Source: Anolis carolinensis (lineage: Eukaryota). Taken from it: a stretch of 64,000 nucleotides of DNA. The stretch spans positions 2,446,992 to 2,510,991 of the forward strand of contig NW_026943822.1 in the NCBI RefSeq assembly GCF_035594765.1. The letters run 5' to 3'. The notes below the pieces were generated by a model. That model worked only from the letters and a program-made list of their open reading frames with translations. It was not told the origin of the DNA and searched no databases. A program made the position numbers and the translations under genes. Positions within the stretch are counted from its first letter, which is position 1; every line of letters starts with the position of its first letter. Below, piece after piece: positions 60,740 to 64,000 of the stretch.

Positions 60740-61410
60740 TATATTCTGCCCTTCTCACTCCAAAAGGGACTCAGGGCGGATCACATTGTACACATATAAG
60801 GCAAAAATTCAATGCCATAGAAACATAGAACAGAGACAGAGACCGACACAGAGGCAATTTAAACTTCTCCAGCTTCCTGAGGGGATGCTTGATTCCGGCC
60901 GCAGGGGGAGCAGCTGCTTCATCATCCACTGTGATGGCAACTTCCTCATTACAAAGGCGGCTGGATGATTTTTATGGTGTTGTAAATTAGCCTCCCCACA
61001 TATAAGTGGTACCTAAATTTCCTACTTGATAGATGCAACTATCTTTCGGGTTGCTTAGGTCAACAACGAGCAGGGGATATTTTTTATTTTAATTGTCAGG
61101 TGCTTGAACTCATGATCTCTTGGTCAGAGTGATTTATTGCAGCTGGCTGCTAACCAGTCCGCACCACAGCCCGATTCCTCTTTCTGAATTGTCGGGTGCT
61201 CACCCCGACACGGGCTGGCCTGAAATTCATGATCTCTTGGTCAGAGTGATTTATTGCAGCTGGCTGCTAACCAGTCCGCACCACAGCCCGATTCCTCTTT
61301 CTGAATTGTCGGGTGCTCACCCCGACACGGGCTGGCCTGAAATTCATGATCTCTTGGTCAAAGTGATTTATTGCAGCTGGCTGCTAACCAGCTTGCGCCA
61401 CAGCCTGGCC
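60740..61410 (-). mobile_element. SINE with a 120-bp internal tandem repeat (about 61104-61410); related copies at about 6250-6480, 21355-21705, 28685-28920 and 38880-39347
   Basis: TCATGATCTCTTGGTCAGAGTGATTTATTGCAGC recurs at about 61109, 61227 and 61345. Confidence 0.7.
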
Positions 61411-62294
61411 CCTCTTTCCAAAGGGGCTACTCCAGCCTCGTGACCTTTAGGCTGGTCAAGGTCAGAATAATAATAATAGTGACTCTATGTTGATATCCCG
61501 CTACCACCTATCTCCCCAAAAGGACTCGGGGAGGCTTACAAGCGGGACAAGCCCAACAACAACTGTTAACAACTGTAATACAATATCATACTAATAATAC
61601 AATATAATAAAATTAATTATATATTATATATTACATGTAATATTATTAATAATATTACAATATATAGATATAGTATAATATGGTAATTTATTGCCAGTAT
61701 TGTGCTATGCTAATAATATAATATTGTATGTAAATTTAATTTGTAAGCCGCTCTGAGTCTCCTTCGGGGTGAGAAGGGCGGCATATAAATGTATTAAATA
61801 AATAAATAAATATGGTAAAGATAAAGGTTTCCCCTGATATTAAGTCCAGTCGTGTCCAACACTGGGGGTTGGTGCTCATCTCCATTTCTAAGCTGAAGAG
61901 CCGGCGTTGTCCGTAGACACCTCCAAAGTCATGTGGTCATTGGCATGACTGCATGGAGCGCTGTTACCTTCCCACTGGAGCAGTACTTATTGATCTACTC
62001 ACACTCTGGGGGTTGGTGCTCATCTCCATTTCTAAGCCAAAGAGCTGGCATTGTCCGTAGAGACCTCCAAGGTCATGTGGCCATTGGCATGAATGCATGG
62101 AGCGCTGTTACCTTCCCGCCGGAGCGGTACCTATTGATCTACTCACATTTGCATGTTTTCGAGCTGCTAGGGAAGGCAAGAAAGACTCAGAGGCACAAAC
62201 AAGGCAGTTGCAACGTTGAGGCTTTATGGAGAGCTGCGCTTAAAGAAATTAGGGCCTCAAGGCTGCTTCCAGGCCCAGGCTCCCGGGGGTCGGC

Positions 62295-64000
<1,706 letters not shown>

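Overview
This is GC-rich, repeat-dense vertebrate genomic DNA. The repeats (Sauria SINE, BovB, CR1, Dong/R4, Penelope, Helitrons) point to a squamate, most likely an Anolis lizard. The window is syntenic with the mammalian CKMT1-PDIA3-SERINC4-HYPK-MFAP1 block. Seven intron-containing genes were reconstructed by hand with phase-consistent splice sites: MFAP1 (+, 8 coding exons, one GC-AG intron), HYPK (-, 4), SERINC4 (+, 12), an FKBP8-like FKBP-TPR gene (-, 8), PDIA3 (-, 13), a ZIP1-like SLC39A zinc transporter (-, 2) and the last two exons of CKMT1 (-). The main observations are: (1) an FKBP8 paralogue with no tail anchor and a promoter rich in PCE-1/Ret-1 and CRX/OTX-type motifs, lying where mammals have ELL3/SERF2; (2) a ZIP gene lying where mammals have STRC/CATSPER2, whose promoter is a 137-bp tandem repeat of a CLEAR/E-box + CCAAT + GC-box + AP-1 module; (3) Penelope-derived minimal hammerhead ribozyme motifs, including a sense tandem pair just after the SERINC4 stop; (4) a 21 x 97-bp minisatellite born inside a Sauria SINE; (5) three ERSE elements around PDIA3 exon 1; (6) several multi-layer TE nests. 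Comparisons with human/mouse gene order and exon structure come from recall and need database confirmation.
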